From a virus (lineage: Duplodnaviria; Heunggongvirae; Uroviricota; Caudoviricetes): a stretch of 38,621 bases of DNA. Under the pieces are notes generated by a model. It worked only from the letters and a program-made list of their open reading frames with translations. It was not told the origin of the DNA and ran no database searches. Where the stretch lies: the IMG/VR virus record IMGVR_UViG_2851955134_000002; one strand, 5' to 3'. Below, piece by piece: positions 37,626 through 38,621 of this stretch. The position numbers were made by a program, and so were the translations under genes. The stretch's first letter is position 1. The number at the start of each line of letters is the position of its first letter.

Positions 37626-38621
37626 ATGATACAACCTATTTCCGGCCCTCCTCCTGGGCAACCACCAGGTCAGGGAGATAATCTGCCGTCTGGCACGGGC
37701 AATCAGCCTTTATCCAGTCAGCAACGTACTTCGCTGGAAAGCTTAATGACGAAAGTGACCTCACTGACGCAACAGCAAAGAGCAGAACTGTGGGCGGGTA
37801 TCAGGCACGATATTGGTCTGTCGGGAGATTCACCGCTGCTTTCGCGTCACTTCCCTGCCGCTGAGCATAATCTGGCGCAACGTCTGCTGGCCGCGCAAAA
37901 AAGCCATTCTGCCCGCCAGCTTTTAGCGCAATTAGGGGAGTATTTACGTCTGGGGAATAATCGTCAGGCGGTCACGGATTATATCCGTCATAACTTTGGT
38001 CAGACGCCGCTGAATCAGCTCTCACCGGAGCAATTAAAAACCATTCTCACCCTGTTGCAGGAAGGGAAGATGGTTATTCCGCAACCACAGCAGCGCGAGG
38101 CGACCGACCGTCCTTTATTACCGGCGGAGCACAATGCGCTAAAACAGCTGGTGACCAAACTTGCGGCGGCAACGGGGGAACCCAGCAAACAGATCTGGCA
38201 ATCGATGCTGGAACTTTCCGGGGTGAAAGATGGCGAGTTAATTCCAGCGAAACTGTTTAACCATCTGGTGACCTGGCTACAGGCGCGTCAGACGCTAAGC
38301 CAGCAAAATACGCCGACGCTGGAATCACTACAGATGACGCTAAAACAACCTTTAGATGCCAGTGAACTGGCGGCGTTATCGGCATATATCCAGCAAAAAT
38401 ATGGTCTTTCTGCGCAATCATCGCTTTCTTCTGCCCAGGCCGAGGATATTCTTAATCAGCTTTATCAACGGCGGGTTAAAGGGATTGATCCGCGTGTTAT
38501 GCAACCGCTGCTTAATCCTTTTCCACCGATGATGGACACGTTGCAAAATATGGCAACGCGTCCCGCGCTGTGGATACTGTTAGTCGCGATTATCCTGATG
38601 CTGGTCTGGCTGGTTCGTTAA
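37626..38621 (+). CDS. Flanking gene outside the prophage: Gln/Pro-rich protein with internal repeats and a C-terminal TM anchor, function unknown
   Basis: 331-aa ATG ORF; N-terminal PPGQPPGQG low-complexity stretch, repeated AEHN-containing helical segments, C-terminal hydrophobic tail (ALWILLVAIILMLVWLV); preceded by an AT-rich region with an extended -10-like TGcCATAAT. Confidence 0.6.
   Translation: MIQPISGPPPGQPPGQGDNLPSGTGNQPLSSQQRTSLESLMTKVTSLTQQQRAELWAGIRHDIGLSGDSPLLSRHFPAAEHNLAQRLLAAQKSHSARQLLAQLGEYLRLGNNRQAVTDYIRHNFGQTPLNQLSPEQLKTILTLLQEGKMVIPQPQQREATDRPLLPAEHNALKQLVTKLAAATGEPSKQIWQSMLELSGVKDGELIPAKLFNHLVTWLQARQTLSQQNTPTLESLQMTLKQPLDASELAALSAYIQQKYGLSAQSSLSSAQAEDILNQLYQRRVKGIDPRVMQPLLNPFPPMMDTLQNMATRPALWILLVAIILMLVWLVR

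Overview
The window holds an apparently complete, integrated P2/186-like temperate myovirus prophage (about 37.4 kb) bounded by a 19-bp imperfect direct repeat at 11-29 and 37441-37459, followed by one gene outside the right repeat (37626-38621). Gene order from the left is: integrase, repressor, cox, small early genes, replication initiator A, then an AT-rich accessory block, then the packaging, head, lysis, baseplate, tail-fibre and tail genes, and finally D, ogr and a Hok-family toxin gene just inside the right repeat. The strongest candidate for a novel system is a translationally coupled AAA+ ATPase / S8 subtilisin-like protease pair (9938-13221) sitting in the cos-proximal cargo slot, most plausibly an anti-phage defence cassette; a ParM/ParR-like partition pair lies immediately upstream. 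Other points worth follow-up are a repressor built from two tandem HTH modules, a tail-gene block (FI-FII-E-T-U) inverted relative to the canonical P2 order with a decayed copy of the U 3' end beside it, and a tape-measure gene expanded by six near-identical 180-bp in-frame repeats. All calls rest on reading the sequence and the ORF track and on recalled family motifs; no database search was run, and start codons were adjusted by eye where the track began on a non-ATG codon.
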